NCBI GenBank assembly: GCA_015075515.1 | Contig: JABTUE010000002.1 | Location: 661,478-725,477, forward strand | Reading direction: 5' to 3' | From: Planctomycetota bacterium | GTDB lineage: Bacteria > Planctomycetota > UBA8742 > UBA2392 | Length of the DNA stretch: 64,000 nt | Shown: positions 27,343-37,155 of the stretch, piece by piece | How positions within the stretch are numbered: position 1 is the first letter of the stretch | How the letters are laid out: every line of letters starts with the position of its first letter | Translations under genes and position numbers: made by a program | The notes under the pieces: generated by a model | Told to the model about the DNA's origin: nothing | The model's database searches: none | Seen by the model: the letters and a program-made list of their open reading frames with translations, nothing else

Positions 27343-28805
27343 ATCGTGCCGTTTTCAAGGATCGGAAAGGCCTTCAGCAGATACCAGGCGAATTGCCCGC
27401 ACAGGTACACCCACAGCGCCATGCGCAGCGGCGCGTAACGCATGCGGCGGTTTTCAAGCGCCAGCGACAGTAGCCCCAGAAAGAACCATGCCATCAACAG
27501 CCCGCCGGCAAACAGGCCCAGATCGCCGTAACAATACCGGATCAGCGCCCCGCCCCATTCCACCCATTCGGCGCTGGCCGAAGGCTGGCCGATCAAAGAC
27601 ATCACGCGGCCGCTGGCACCGGCGGTGCCCGTGCCGTGACCGAGCAGCCCGGCCTCGACGGCCAGCGGGGCGCTTACGGCAAAGTCCACGCGCTCGCGCA
27701 CGACTTCGGGGCTCAGCGCCGTCCAGAACGCCGTGGTGCGGGCCGGGCCCATGCTGCCCACCAGCAGCGCGCCGATCAGCAGCCCGGCCAGACCGCCGGC
27801 CAGAAGCCCGCCGCGCCGCCGCGTTTCGGGCACCAGCAGCGGCCCGCGCGGCTCGATGTAGAAACGCGCGAACGCCAGCGGAAACATGGCGATCACGCCG
27901 CACACAATCAGCGACAAACCGGTGCGGATGCCCGACAGGTACGCGCCCGACACGGCGCAATAACCGCACAGCCACAACCAGAGGGTATGCCGATGCGACT
28001 GGCCGGTCTTGATCAGCCCCACCACCAGACAGAACTGCAGCAGGCAGACCAGCGCGTACAGCGTGGGCGTGGCAAAGATGGATTCGTTGTAGCCCAGCAC
28101 TTCGCCGCTTTCGAGCCAGCGTTCGCCAAAGAACGCGCGGTCGGTCAGAAAATCCGGCAGCAGGTCGCGGTAGTCGTTCTGCAACAGACACAACACCAGC
28201 AACGGCACGGCCAGGTACACAATCCGCCGCAGCCAGGCCGTTGTCACTTCGCCGTCACGAACCGACGCATAGACCAGCAGGGCCAGCGGCACGTACACCG
28301 ACCAGGTGCGCAGGCCCGAAACCGCCACCAGCCAGTGCGGCACATCGGGGTTCAACATGCCCACAACCACAAGCCCCAGCCACAACACCACCGGCGCAAC
28401 CACCTTCGCCTTCATGTCCGGCGCCAGCGGCACACGTCCGGCGCGCGGGCCGAAGAAATACGACAGGTACGCCCCGGCGGCCACCAGGTCTTTCATCACC
28501 GGAACCCAGCCCGGCATGCCCGGCAGGGCCTTGCGCACGGAATCTTCCATCAGGGCCAGAAGCAGCAGAAGAAACAGCCCGCGCCGCCAGTCCAGCACGG
28601 CAATCAGCACGCTGCAGGCCAGAACCGCCGCGCCGGCGCCCAGAATCGCGCCGGTGACGGGGTCATCACGGTTCAGCGCCGCGCCAAAACCGGCGCTGAG
28701 CGCCGCCAGCACGCCCATCAGCAGAAATACCCCGCCCATGCGCATCGGCAAAAGCGCCGGGCGCGGGGTGGGGGCTGGGGGCGCGGGATTCAAGATTGGC
28801 GGCAT
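27258..28805 (-). CDS. Polytopic membrane protein of the O-antigen ligase/polymerase (Wzy_C / WaaL-like) family.
   Basis: Start ATG 28805 (MPPILNPAPPAPTP...) or 28745 (MRMGGVFLL...). ~12 predicted TM helices with a large loop. The track ORF 27258..30452 is a chimera: its part above 28805 is the antisense shadow of the plus-strand Wzz gene. Confidence 0.55.
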   Translation of the reverse strand: MPPILNPAPPAPTPRPALLPMRMGGVFLLMGVLAALSAGFGAALNRDDPVTGAILGAGAAVLACSVLIAVLDWRRGLFLLLLLALMEDSVRKALPGMPGWVPVMKDLVAAGAYLSYFFGPRAGRVPLAPDMKAKVVAPVVLWLGLVVVGMLNPDVPHWLVAVSGLRTWSVYVPLALLVYASVRDGEVTTAWLRRIVYLAVPLLVLCLLQNDYRDLLPDFLTDRAFFGERWLESGEVLGYNESIFATPTLYALVCLLQFCLVVGLIKTGQSHRHTLWLWLCGYCAVSGAYLSGIRTGLSLIVCGVIAMFPLAFARFYIEPRGPLLVPETRRRGGLLAGGLAGLLIGALLVGSMGPARTTAFWTALSPEVVRERVDFAVSAPLAVEAGLLGHGTGTAGASGRVMSLIGQPSASAEWVEWGGALIRYCYGDLGLFAGGLLMAWFFLGLLSLALENRRMRYAPLRMALWVYLCGQFAWYLLKAFPILENGTMCLVFWSCVGALLGFARLDREAARRMAA

Positions 28806-28889
28806 GCCGCCCTTGAGTGTAAGGCAATTTGTGCCGATAATAAAAGGTAAGCTCACCCGGCCGCCGCTTCCTCGACGGCAGGAGACATT

Positions 28890-30971
28890 GTGACCGAGCA
28901 CACGGAGTCCGCCGTTGCCGAAGTCCGCCGCTTTGCCGCGGCCGGCGACTACACGTCCGCCCGGCGCCGTCTGGGCGAATACGTGGCCGCGCACCCCGAA
29001 CTCGACCCCCCTACTGCCGCGCGGCTGGACGAACAGCGCCGCACGCTGGAAGTTCTGGAATCGCTCGAAGTTATCCGCCAGTTGCTGCGCGAGGGCAAGA
29101 CCGCCTCGGCCGCCCGGGCCGCCGACGGCATCCGCGAAGCCCTGACCGCGGCCGACTACGCGCGGCTGGGCATTGTCGGTGCGGCCCTGGCGCTTCTGGG
29201 CCGCGCCGGAGACCTGGCCCGCCGCGCGCAATCCGGCGACCGCAGCGCGACCTTGCGCGACGAAATGGGCGCCTTTGTCGAACACCTGGCGATCGAGCTC
29301 AATCACCTTCAGACCGAGCAGGTGGACCGGCGCCTTCAGGCCGTTCTTGAACCCGCCACCGGCGGCGCGACACTGGGTGATCTGCTGTCGCGCCGGCCCT
29401 GGAAATCCAACCTGTTGCCGGCGGTACCCCCTGAACCCGAGCCGGCGCGGGCTTCTCAGGCCTCGGCCTCGGTTCCGGCCACGGCGGCACCCGGCGGTGA
29501 CGGCCCGGTGATCGGCCGGATTCTGATCGCCCAGGAACAGCAGGAACGCGTGGCCCCCGTGGCGCAGCCCCAGCCCGTGACGGGGCGCGGGGACGCCTTT
29601 GACCTGGTGGGCGGCGCGGCGTTGCGCTACTGGCATGTGGTCGCGTTTGTGGCGCTGTTGGGCGCAGCGATCGGCTGGATGGGCGTGCTTTCGACGCCCG
29701 AGACCTGGCAGTCCTCCAGCATTCTGCAGAAGTCGCCCCAGTCCATCCCGCGCGCGCCGTTGACCGGCCGGCCCGAAACCTACGTGTCGTCGTTGCCCAG
29801 CCAGACCGCCCTGCAGCTTGCGGCATTGCCCACGTTTCATGAACGCATCGCGCGCCGGTTGTCGGAAACCGGCTGGGCCGAAGACGGCGCCAAGCCCCGC
29901 ACCATGCCCGTAACCCGCGCTGAGGTCACCGGTTCGCTCAAGCCCACGGTCGAAAACACCGGCGGCGGTTTCTATTCCATCCGCTTTACCGCCACCTCGC
30001 GCGAAGCCGACCGGGCCCAGGCCATTGCCGCCGCCGCCGCCGAAGAATTCCAGAAACTGCACTTTGAACACATCACGCGCGAGGCCGACGCCAACCTGTC
30101 CGAATACGAACAGCGCCAGCGCCAGGTCAACGCGGCGCTGGACAAGATTCACGCCCGGCGGCTGGAAGAATTCGCCGTGGACGCCGCGGCCGTGGGCGTG
30201 ACGATCAAGGACCGGATTGACCAGTTGCTGTCCGAACTGCGCTCGGCGCGCCAGGCCCAGGCCGACCTGCGCGACAACCTGGCCGCGGCGCGCCAGCAGG
30301 CCAACGCCCTGCGCGAAATCGCCGAGCGCATCCCGCCGCTGGAAGAACCCCGGCCCGACCCGAAGCTGGAGGCGCTGCGCAAACTGCAGACCGAAATTGA
30401 AAAGGAACTGTACGACCTGCTGCGGCGGCGCGGCGACTTCGGGCCCGAGCACCCCATGCAGCGCCGTATCCGCGACCTTCAGGAAGACCTGCGCCTGACG
30501 GAAAAGGAAGTGCAGGAACTGGAACGCGCCGCGGCATCCGACCTTGACCGGCGCCGGCCCAACCCCCAGCGCGCCGCCGCCGACAGCCGAGCAGCCGAGG
30601 CCGCCGGCGCGGTGTCACTGGCCGAAATGCGCTACAACGCCGCCAGCGAAAGCATCCCGCGCCTGGAAGGCGAGCTGTCCGGCCTGCGCGAAAAATATCT
30701 GGCCAGTGAATCGCTGCGCCGCGAGGAATCGGCGCTGCTGGCCCAGAAGGAACGCTACGCCGTGATCGTCGAGGAACTGACGGCCGTGCGCGGCTCGGCC
30801 GCGCGTGAATTGACACTGATTGCCCCGGCGGGCAAGGCGCACCTGGTGCCGCGCCAGGAACTGGTGGGCATCGCCGCCGGTCTGGTTGCGGGCCTGGTGA
30901 TCGGCATCGGCGTGGCGGTCATGCTGCTGCGCCGGCGGCAACTGGCCAGGATGGAGGCGGCAGAAGCATGA
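28890..30971 (+). CDS. Polysaccharide co-polymerase (Wzz/GumC/ExoP-like chain-length determinant) without an obvious kinase domain.
   Basis: GTG start at 28890 with AGGAGA upstream. N-terminal TM region (WHVVAFVALLGAAIGWMGVL). Long coiled-coil periplasmic region. C-terminal TM LVGIAAGLVAGLVIGIGVAVMLL followed by RRRQ. 693 aa. Confidence 0.7.
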   Translation: MTEHTESAVAEVRRFAAAGDYTSARRRLGEYVAAHPELDPPTAARLDEQRRTLEVLESLEVIRQLLREGKTASAARAADGIREALTAADYARLGIVGAALALLGRAGDLARRAQSGDRSATLRDEMGAFVEHLAIELNHLQTEQVDRRLQAVLEPATGGATLGDLLSRRPWKSNLLPAVPPEPEPARASQASASVPATAAPGGDGPVIGRILIAQEQQERVAPVAQPQPVTGRGDAFDLVGGAALRYWHVVAFVALLGAAIGWMGVLSTPETWQSSSILQKSPQSIPRAPLTGRPETYVSSLPSQTALQLAALPTFHERIARRLSETGWAEDGAKPRTMPVTRAEVTGSLKPTVENTGGGFYSIRFTATSREADRAQAIAAAAAEEFQKLHFEHITREADANLSEYEQRQRQVNAALDKIHARRLEEFAVDAAAVGVTIKDRIDQLLSELRSARQAQADLRDNLAAARQQANALREIAERIPPLEEPRPDPKLEALRKLQTEIEKELYDLLRRRGDFGPEHPMQRRIRDLQEDLRLTEKEVQELERAAASDLDRRRPNPQRAAADSRAAEAAGAVSLAEMRYNAASESIPRLEGELSGLREKYLASESLRREESALLAQKERYAVIVEELTAVRGSAARELTLIAPAGKAHLVPRQELVGIAAGLVAGLVIGIGVAVMLLRRRQLARMEAAEA

Positions 30972-31741
30972 AGCCCGCGCGCGTGACAACCTGGGCGGCG
31001 GTTCTGGCGCTGCTGGTGCTGCTGGCACCGGCCTGTGCCGGGCCCGAAAAGTACACCGACGTCAGCAAGCTGCAGGAACTGCCGGCCGACCATTACGTCT
31101 ACACGCTGGCGCCGGGCGACGAAGTCGCCATCGAGGTGCTGCAGGACAAGGACTACAACCACGAAACCACGGTGCTGCCTGACGGCTCGGCCAGCTTCCG
31201 CTGGATCGGCGAGATCCAGGTGGCCGGGTTGACTCTGGCCCAGACGCGGGAATCGCTGCGCGCGAAACTGGCGCCGTACTACAACGCGCCCACGCTCAGC
31301 CTCAAGCTCAAGCGTATCAACGGCCCCGACCCGATCGTGTTTCTGGGCAACTTCGGCGGCAGCGCCAGCGGCGGCCCCACCCCGCAGGTCAGCCGCGGCG
31401 GCGTCATCCCCTACCGCAAGGGCATGGGCGTGATGGAGGCCGTGGCCCGCGCCGGCGGCGTGGGCGAACCCGACATTGACGTGGCGCCGTACCTGTTTGT
31501 GGTGCGCAACATCAAGTCGGTCAAGGACCGCACCGTGTACCGTTTTGACCTGGCCGAGGCCGTGCGCGGCGGCTCGCCGGACCTGCCGCTGCACCCCGGC
31601 GACGTGATGTTCATTGACCAGTCGTGGCTGCAGGACCTGTCGCGCGCGCTGGGCTATGTGTCGCAGGTGGTGGGCTCAACCACCCAGGGCATCGGCACGG
31701 CCCTGCTGATTGACACGATTTCAGACCGGGCGCGCAACTGA
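30968..31741 (+). CDS. wza: Outer-membrane polysaccharide export protein (Wza/OPX family; Poly_export + SLBB).
   Basis: Signal/lipobox MKPARVTTWAAVLALLVLLAPACAG. Poly_export motif YTLAPGDEVAIEV...DGSASF..GEIQVAGLTLAQ. SLBB-like HPGDVMFI. ATGA overlap with the upstream Wzz gene. Confidence 0.8.
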   Translation: MKPARVTTWAAVLALLVLLAPACAGPEKYTDVSKLQELPADHYVYTLAPGDEVAIEVLQDKDYNHETTVLPDGSASFRWIGEIQVAGLTLAQTRESLRAKLAPYYNAPTLSLKLKRINGPDPIVFLGNFGGSASGGPTPQVSRGGVIPYRKGMGVMEAVARAGGVGEPDIDVAPYLFVVRNIKSVKDRTVYRFDLAEAVRGGSPDLPLHPGDVMFIDQSWLQDLSRALGYVSQVVGSTTQGIGTALLIDTISDRARN

Positions 31742-32688
31742 TGGCCCGGGTTCTGGTCACCGGCGGCGCGGGCTTTCTGGGCAGCCACCTGTGCGGGCGG
31801 CTTCTGGCACAGGGCCACCACGTCACCTGTCTGGACGACTTCAGCACCGGCTCTGCGGACAACCTGCGCGAGTTTGAAGCCCTCCCCGCGTTCACCCTGG
31901 CGCGCGGCGACGTGACCGAGCCCTTGACCGGTCAATACCAGCAGATCTATCACCTGGCCTGCCCGGCCAGCCCCGTGGCCTACCGCCGCGACCCCGTTCG
32001 CACCTGGCGCGTGGCGGCGCTGGGCACGCTGCGCGCGCTGGAACTGGCGCGCGATTGCGGGGCGCGTTTTTTGCTGGCCTCGACCAGTGAAGTGTACGGC
32101 GACCCGCTGGTGCACCCCCAACCCGAAGATTACCGCGGCAACGTGGACACCCAGTCGGTGCGCGCCTGTTACGACGAAGGCAAGCGCGCCGCCGAAACCC
32201 TGGCCGCCGACTTTCACCGCGTGCAAGGCACGGGCGTGCGCATCGCGCGCATCTTCAACACCTACGGCCCGCACATGGCGCCAAACGACGGCCGCGTGGT
32301 CAGCAGCTTCATCGCCGCGGCACTGGCCGGCGTGCCGTTGCAACTGGCCGGCGGCGGGCGCCAGAGCCGAAGCTTCTGCTACGTGGATGACCTGATCGGC
32401 GGCCTGGTCGCGCTGATGGAATGTAACGCGCCCGACGCGCACCAGCCCGTCAACCTGGGCAACCCGCACGAAATCACGATCCGCGAACTGGCCGAAACAA
32501 TCACGCGCCTGACGGGCTCAGGTTCGGCGCTTGTGGACGCACCCGCCGAACCCGCCGACCCGGCCCGGCGCTGCCCGGACATCCGCCGCGCGCGCGCGCT
32601 TGTCGGCTTTGCACCCGCCACCGGCATCGAGCAGGGCCTGGCTCGAACCATCGCCTGGGCGCGGGCTCAGGGCGCCAGCTCACGATAA
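31741..32688 (+). CDS. uxs: UDP-glucuronate decarboxylase / UDP-xylose synthase (extended SDR; UXS/ArnA-decarboxylase family).
   Basis: MARVLVTGGAGFLGSHLCGRLL (GxxGxxG). STSEVYGDP. Catalytic YDEGKR. 315 aa. TGATG start/stop overlap with wza. Confidence 0.8.
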   Translation: MARVLVTGGAGFLGSHLCGRLLAQGHHVTCLDDFSTGSADNLREFEALPAFTLARGDVTEPLTGQYQQIYHLACPASPVAYRRDPVRTWRVAALGTLRALELARDCGARFLLASTSEVYGDPLVHPQPEDYRGNVDTQSVRACYDEGKRAAETLAADFHRVQGTGVRIARIFNTYGPHMAPNDGRVVSSFIAAALAGVPLQLAGGGRQSRSFCYVDDLIGGLVALMECNAPDAHQPVNLGNPHEITIRELAETITRLTGSGSALVDAPAEPADPARRCPDIRRARALVGFAPATGIEQGLARTIAWARAQGASSR

Positions 32689-34823
32689 AGCACCGCGTAT
32701 TGCGCGGCCACCGCCGGCGCCGCAAAACGCGCCGCGTTGCGCAGCCCGGCCTCGCGCAGCGATTGCCGCATCACCGGGTCGTCGCGCAGCCGCAGCACCG
32801 CCGCGCGGATCGCCGTTTCGTCGCACGGGTCCACCAGCAGCGCGCCGTCGCCCGCCACCCAGTCCATGGGCGCCAGCGCCGAGGTCACAACCGGAAGACC
32901 ACAGGCCTGGGCCTCGATAATCGGCATGCCGAAACCCTCAAACGTCGAGGCAAACAGCAGCACCCCGGCCTGGTGATAGGCACGGGCCATGGCCGGGCCG
33001 TCCAGGTTCACGCTGTTGCGCCACGGCAGGCCCGCGCGGTCCAGCGCGCCGCGCAGGGCCGTGTCGGGCTCGCCCACCACGTGCAGCGTCAGGCCCGTGC
33101 CCGCCAGCGCCGAAACGCAGCGCGCCAGGTTCTTGTGCGGCAGCGTGCCGACCATAAGGACCGTAAAGTCGTCTGCCGGGGGGCCGGGTGTAAAGTGCGA
33201 CGCCACGCAGTTCGGGATCACGCGCACCCGGGCCGAATCCACACCCGCCAGTTCGTGCAACTGGTCGCGCGTGGCCGCCGACACCGCCGTGACCGCCGCC
33301 ACGCGTGCCGCCGGCGCCAAAAAATACAGCCGGCGCAACAGCGCCCGCCGCAGCCCGCCGTGACGCAACAGCGCCCCGCAGTCATGCACCGTAAGCAGCG
33401 TGCGGCGCGGATCCGTGGCCAGCGCCAGGTAATGCGAATCGCCGGTCACGTGCAGCACGTCGCCGCGCGCGCCGGCCGCCGCAGCCAGATTCAACAGCCG
33501 CCGCAGCACGCCGCCGTTGTCGCAGGGGCTCTGCCGCACCCGCGGCTCAATGTCGCCCGGCAGCTCGCGCCGCAGTTCGGCAAACAGGTTTTCGATGCTG
33601 TGAAAACCCGGCATCGGCCGGCGCACAAGCTGTGTCACCCGTGTGACGCGGCCGGCCCGCGCGCGCTCGGCCGCGCGCAGCACCACCGGCGCGTAGCGCG
33701 CCGCAAAGGCCGCCGTGCCCCAGCGCGCCAGCACCTGTTCGCGCCACAGGCGGCGCTCGTCATCCTGGACCTCCAGCCCGCGCCGCGCCGCCGCCGCCAG
33801 CGCCGCCACATCAGCCACGGGGGCCGTTGCGCCCCACGGGTCGCGGCACCACTCGCGCACGCCGCCGCTGTCATAGGCCGCCACGGCGCAACCACGGGCC
33901 GCGGCCTCGGGCCCGGCCATGCCCCAGGCTTCAAACAGCCGCGACGGCATCAGCAGACAGCGCGATTGCGCCATGCGCCGCCCGAGTTCGGCCTCGTTCA
34001 GCCACGGCGTGAATTCGACGCGATCGGCCACGCCCAGCCGGTGGGCCAGTTCGCGCGCCCGCGGCCCGGCAGGCCCGGTGCCGGCCACGCACAGCCGCGT
34101 GCCGTCCAGACGCGCGCAGACGGCAATCGCGTCCAGCACGCCCTTGGTCTCGATCAACCGGCCGCAGAACAGCAGGCTGCCCTCGGCGGGTTCGGCCGCG
34201 TGCGCGGGTTCGGGCACCGCCGGCGCAATCACCCAGGCGCGGCCCGGCACGCCCACGGTTTCGGCAAACAGGCGCTCCAGTGCCGCGCTGTTGAACACCA
34301 CGCCCCAGGCCAGATCCAGCACCTGCCGCGTCAACACCCCGCGCAGCGGCGCGCGCAGACGCTGGTTGAGGCCAAAGGGCGTGCCGTCGGGCGTGCACAG
34401 ACACCGCCGCGCGGCATCCACGCCAAGACAGGCCACACCCGGCGGCCGGTCACACACCGCGCCGATGGCCGGCAAAGCGCGCCCGCCCGCCGGGCAGGTC
34501 AGTTCCGAGGTGTGGGCAAACAGCAGCATCGGCACCCGGCCCGCCAGCGCGCGCATCAGCGGCAGCGGCGCGCAGCCGTGAAACTCGACCACATCGCAGC
34601 CTGCGGCCACAACGTCGGCGCTGCGGGCCACGGCCGCGGCGTCGGGCCGGCGCAACGGGTGCAGCGATTCGCCCAGTTCCAGCCCGCGCGCGTCCCAGGC
34701 TTTAACCGTCGCGCCCAGTTCGCGCTGGGTTTGCATCAGGCGGCGCACGTAGATTTCCGTGCCGCCCACCGGCTCCAGCCGCGGCGTGATCACCCCCAGG
34801 CGCAGGCCGCCAAGCACGCTCAT
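32667..34823 (-). CDS. Tandem (double) GT4 glycosyltransferase.
   Basis: 718 aa with two GT-B halves, each with an EX7E-like motif (SRLFEAWGMAGPEAAARGCAV and STFEGFGMPIIEAQACGLPVV). Its 3' end overlaps the 3' end of the convergent uxs by 22 bp. Confidence 0.75.
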   Translation of the reverse strand: MSVLGGLRLGVITPRLEPVGGTEIYVRRLMQTQRELGATVKAWDARGLELGESLHPLRRPDAAAVARSADVVAAGCDVVEFHGCAPLPLMRALAGRVPMLLFAHTSELTCPAGGRALPAIGAVCDRPPGVACLGVDAARRCLCTPDGTPFGLNQRLRAPLRGVLTRQVLDLAWGVVFNSAALERLFAETVGVPGRAWVIAPAVPEPAHAAEPAEGSLLFCGRLIETKGVLDAIAVCARLDGTRLCVAGTGPAGPRARELAHRLGVADRVEFTPWLNEAELGRRMAQSRCLLMPSRLFEAWGMAGPEAAARGCAVAAYDSGGVREWCRDPWGATAPVADVAALAAAARRGLEVQDDERRLWREQVLARWGTAAFAARYAPVVLRAAERARAGRVTRVTQLVRRPMPGFHSIENLFAELRRELPGDIEPRVRQSPCDNGGVLRRLLNLAAAAGARGDVLHVTGDSHYLALATDPRRTLLTVHDCGALLRHGGLRRALLRRLYFLAPAARVAAVTAVSAATRDQLHELAGVDSARVRVIPNCVASHFTPGPPADDFTVLMVGTLPHKNLARCVSALAGTGLTLHVVGEPDTALRGALDRAGLPWRNSVNLDGPAMARAYHQAGVLLFASTFEGFGMPIIEAQACGLPVVTSALAPMDWVAGDGALLVDPCDETAIRAAVLRLRDDPVMRQSLREAGLRNAARFAAPAVAAQYAVLYRELAP

Positions 34824-35965
34824 GCCCGGCCCTCCAGCAGCAGCCCGCGCCAGGCCGCATCGGCCCGCACCAGATCAAAGTGCTCGCGCGCGTGCCGCCA
34901 GGCCGCATGGCTCATGGCCTCCAGCCGCGCGCGGTCGGCAGACAGCGCCGACACATGCCCGGCCATCGCCTCAACGACGGCGTCTTCAGGCATCGCTTCG
35001 ACCAGCAGCGCGGCGCCTGGCGGCAGCAGTGCCAGCCCGCCCACGCGCGTGCACAACGGTACGGCGCCGCGAGCCATTGCCTCCATGACCGCCACCGGAA
35101 AGCCCTCGCGTTCGGATGTCAGCACCAGCACATGCGCCGCGGCGTACTCGGCGGCCAGAACGGCCGGGTCGGTCACCAGCCCGGCAAAGCGACAATGCCG
35201 CGCGTCGGCCTCGGGCATCGCCGCGCGCACGTCGCCCAGGCACGTCACCGCGGCATCCACACCCATTGCCGCCAGCCGCGCGGCCAGACGCCCCACCAGA
35301 TGCACGCGCTTTTCCGGTGTGGCGCGGCCGGCATACAGCACGCGCAGCGTGCCCGCGGGCTTTGCCGGCGGCGTATCGGGCACCTCGACGGCGTTGGCAA
35401 TGACCGTAACGCGACCGGCCAGATCATCCAGCCCGCGCGCGCGGTACAGGGCGGTCAGTTCGTCGCGCAGCAGCGGCGTGATCACCACCCGCGCGGCCAG
35501 ACGCCGCGCATGAGGCAGGCTGTAGTGTTCAAAGTTCACGCCGAAGTTGTGGAGCAGGTCCACGCAGCGCACGCCGTTCAGGTGCGGCAGCATGTCGTAA
35601 AAGAAATGGCTGAAGGCACCGAACACCGTGCGCACCCCGCCGCGCCGGATGCGCCCGGCCTGCAGCCCGGCCTGGAAGTACGCGCCCGGCCGGCGGCGCA
35701 GCCGGCCGCCCAGCATCACGACCGGCGCCACGGCCTGATAACGCGGCAGCAGCCCGCCATCGCGGGGCGTTTCCGTGAACCAGACCTCGGGACAGGCCTG
35801 GGCCACGGCGCGCACGATCTCGGCGTGCACGCGCTCGGCCCCGCCGACGTCGGGTGTGGCAAACACGCACACCAGCGGGGCCCGCACCGGCGGCACAAGC
35901 AGCGCGCACAGGCGCCCCAGGGCACCCAGCACCGCGCGCAAAGTCACCACAACCAGGCGCTTCAC
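34820..35965 (-). CDS. GT4 glycosyltransferase.
   Basis: 381 aa. SEREGFPVAVMEAMARGAVPL motif. ATGA coupling to both neighbours. Confidence 0.75.
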   Translation of the reverse strand: MKRLVVVTLRAVLGALGRLCALLVPPVRAPLVCVFATPDVGGAERVHAEIVRAVAQACPEVWFTETPRDGGLLPRYQAVAPVVMLGGRLRRRPGAYFQAGLQAGRIRRGGVRTVFGAFSHFFYDMLPHLNGVRCVDLLHNFGVNFEHYSLPHARRLAARVVITPLLRDELTALYRARGLDDLAGRVTVIANAVEVPDTPPAKPAGTLRVLYAGRATPEKRVHLVGRLAARLAAMGVDAAVTCLGDVRAAMPEADARHCRFAGLVTDPAVLAAEYAAAHVLVLTSEREGFPVAVMEAMARGAVPLCTRVGGLALLPPGAALLVEAMPEDAVVEAMAGHVSALSADRARLEAMSHAAWRHAREHFDLVRADAAWRGLLLEGRA

Positions 35966-37149
35966 AGGCCCATCTCCGTGCGCACGACTTCGGCCGTGCG
36001 ATCCCAGTCAAAGGCGTGCAGCCGCGACGCGAGATCGTCGGGGTCGAATTTCGGAAACGTCGCCGGGTTGGCCAGCGCACGGCCCCATTCATCGGCGTTG
36101 TGCGCCGCAAACGTCAGGTTCGGCCAGGCCAGCCGCTTCAGTTCGCGCAGCGGGCTGCACAGCACGGGCTTGCCGCAGGTGCTGAACTCGACCACGTTCA
36201 GGGGCGTGGCGTCTTCGGTTACCGGGCGCGGCACATAGGGGTGAACGCCGGCGTCACAGGCGTGAAGATACGCCGCGACTTCGTCGGGCTTTACCGGCCC
36301 TACGCAGTGCACGCCCTCGGCGGGCCCAAGCCGTCGCGGGCCGGCCACGCGGTCGCTGCCGGGCCCGACAACCAGCAACGCCAGTTCGGGCCGCGCCGCC
36401 CGCGCCACCAGCCAGGCATCCAGCAGCATTTCCATGCCGTCAAAGGCCATGCGATGGTTGCCGATGAAACCCACCACAAAACGCCCCTCAAGACCAAGGC
36501 GCGCGCGCACCCGCGCGCCCTGTTCGGGCGGGCATTGCAGCAGGGCCGCGCGAGCCGCGCCGTTGGGCGCATAGGCGGCCCGGCGGCCGGCCAGCTCTTC
36601 GGCCTGTTCGCACAAACTGTGGCTGCAGGCGCTCAGGGTATCGGCGCGGCGCATGGCGTCCTGCAGAAACCGGCGCCGCGAACGCGCCACCACGCCGCCG
36701 CGCCATTCGTCGTGAAAGTTGTCAATCACATCAAAGTGAACGCGATACTTCCTGCGTCCGGGCGCGGGCGGCAGAAAGAAAAACGGGTTGCCGTGAAACA
36801 CGTGCGTGCAGCCGAAACGTTCCACCAGCGCGGCAATGCGGCGGTTGTTGCCCCAGGCCGCCAGGCGGTTGAACAGCGGCCCCGTGGCCGGCCACACCGG
36901 CATGGTGACGCGCGTGACCTTGCCATCTTCCAGCACGCGCGTGCCGCCGAACGCCAGCCTGCGCCGCATGGCCAGCCGCGCGCCCAGGCTGTTGTCGGAG
37001 GTGTTGACGGCTTCGCTGCGGTCCAGCGCGAACACCGGCACGTGCTCGGCCACGCGCCGGGCGATTTCGACCTCGCGCACGCGCAGATCCGGCGCAAACA
37101 GCATGCGCCCGATCCACAGCACCGCCGGTTTTCGGCCCTGGGGCGGCAA
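35962..37149 (-). CDS. Glycosyltransferase (GT4-like).
   Basis: 395 aa. C-terminal PYVPRPVTEDATPLNVVEFSTCGKPVLCS resembles EX7E. ATGA coupling downstream. Confidence 0.6.
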   Translation of the reverse strand: MPPQGRKPAVLWIGRMLFAPDLRVREVEIARRVAEHVPVFALDRSEAVNTSDNSLGARLAMRRRLAFGGTRVLEDGKVTRVTMPVWPATGPLFNRLAAWGNNRRIAALVERFGCTHVFHGNPFFFLPPAPGRRKYRVHFDVIDNFHDEWRGGVVARSRRRFLQDAMRRADTLSACSHSLCEQAEELAGRRAAYAPNGAARAALLQCPPEQGARVRARLGLEGRFVVGFIGNHRMAFDGMEMLLDAWLVARAARPELALLVVGPGSDRVAGPRRLGPAEGVHCVGPVKPDEVAAYLHACDAGVHPYVPRPVTEDATPLNVVEFSTCGKPVLCSPLRELKRLAWPNLTFAAHNADEWGRALANPATFPKFDPDDLASRLHAFDWDRTAEVVRTEMGL

Positions 37150-37155
37150 TCCGGC

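Noticed and set aside
22840-27438. 1532-aa plus-strand ORF.
   Set aside because: It runs antisense across four well-supported minus-strand genes (hypothetical, SGNH, MBOAT, GT4). Its composition is extremely R/A/G/P-biased.
28806-30452. Upper part of track ORF 27258..30452 (minus strand), which would make a 1064-aa protein.
   Set aside because: This portion is antisense to the Wzz/PCP gene and lacks coding character. The real membrane-protein gene starts at ATG 28805 or 28745.
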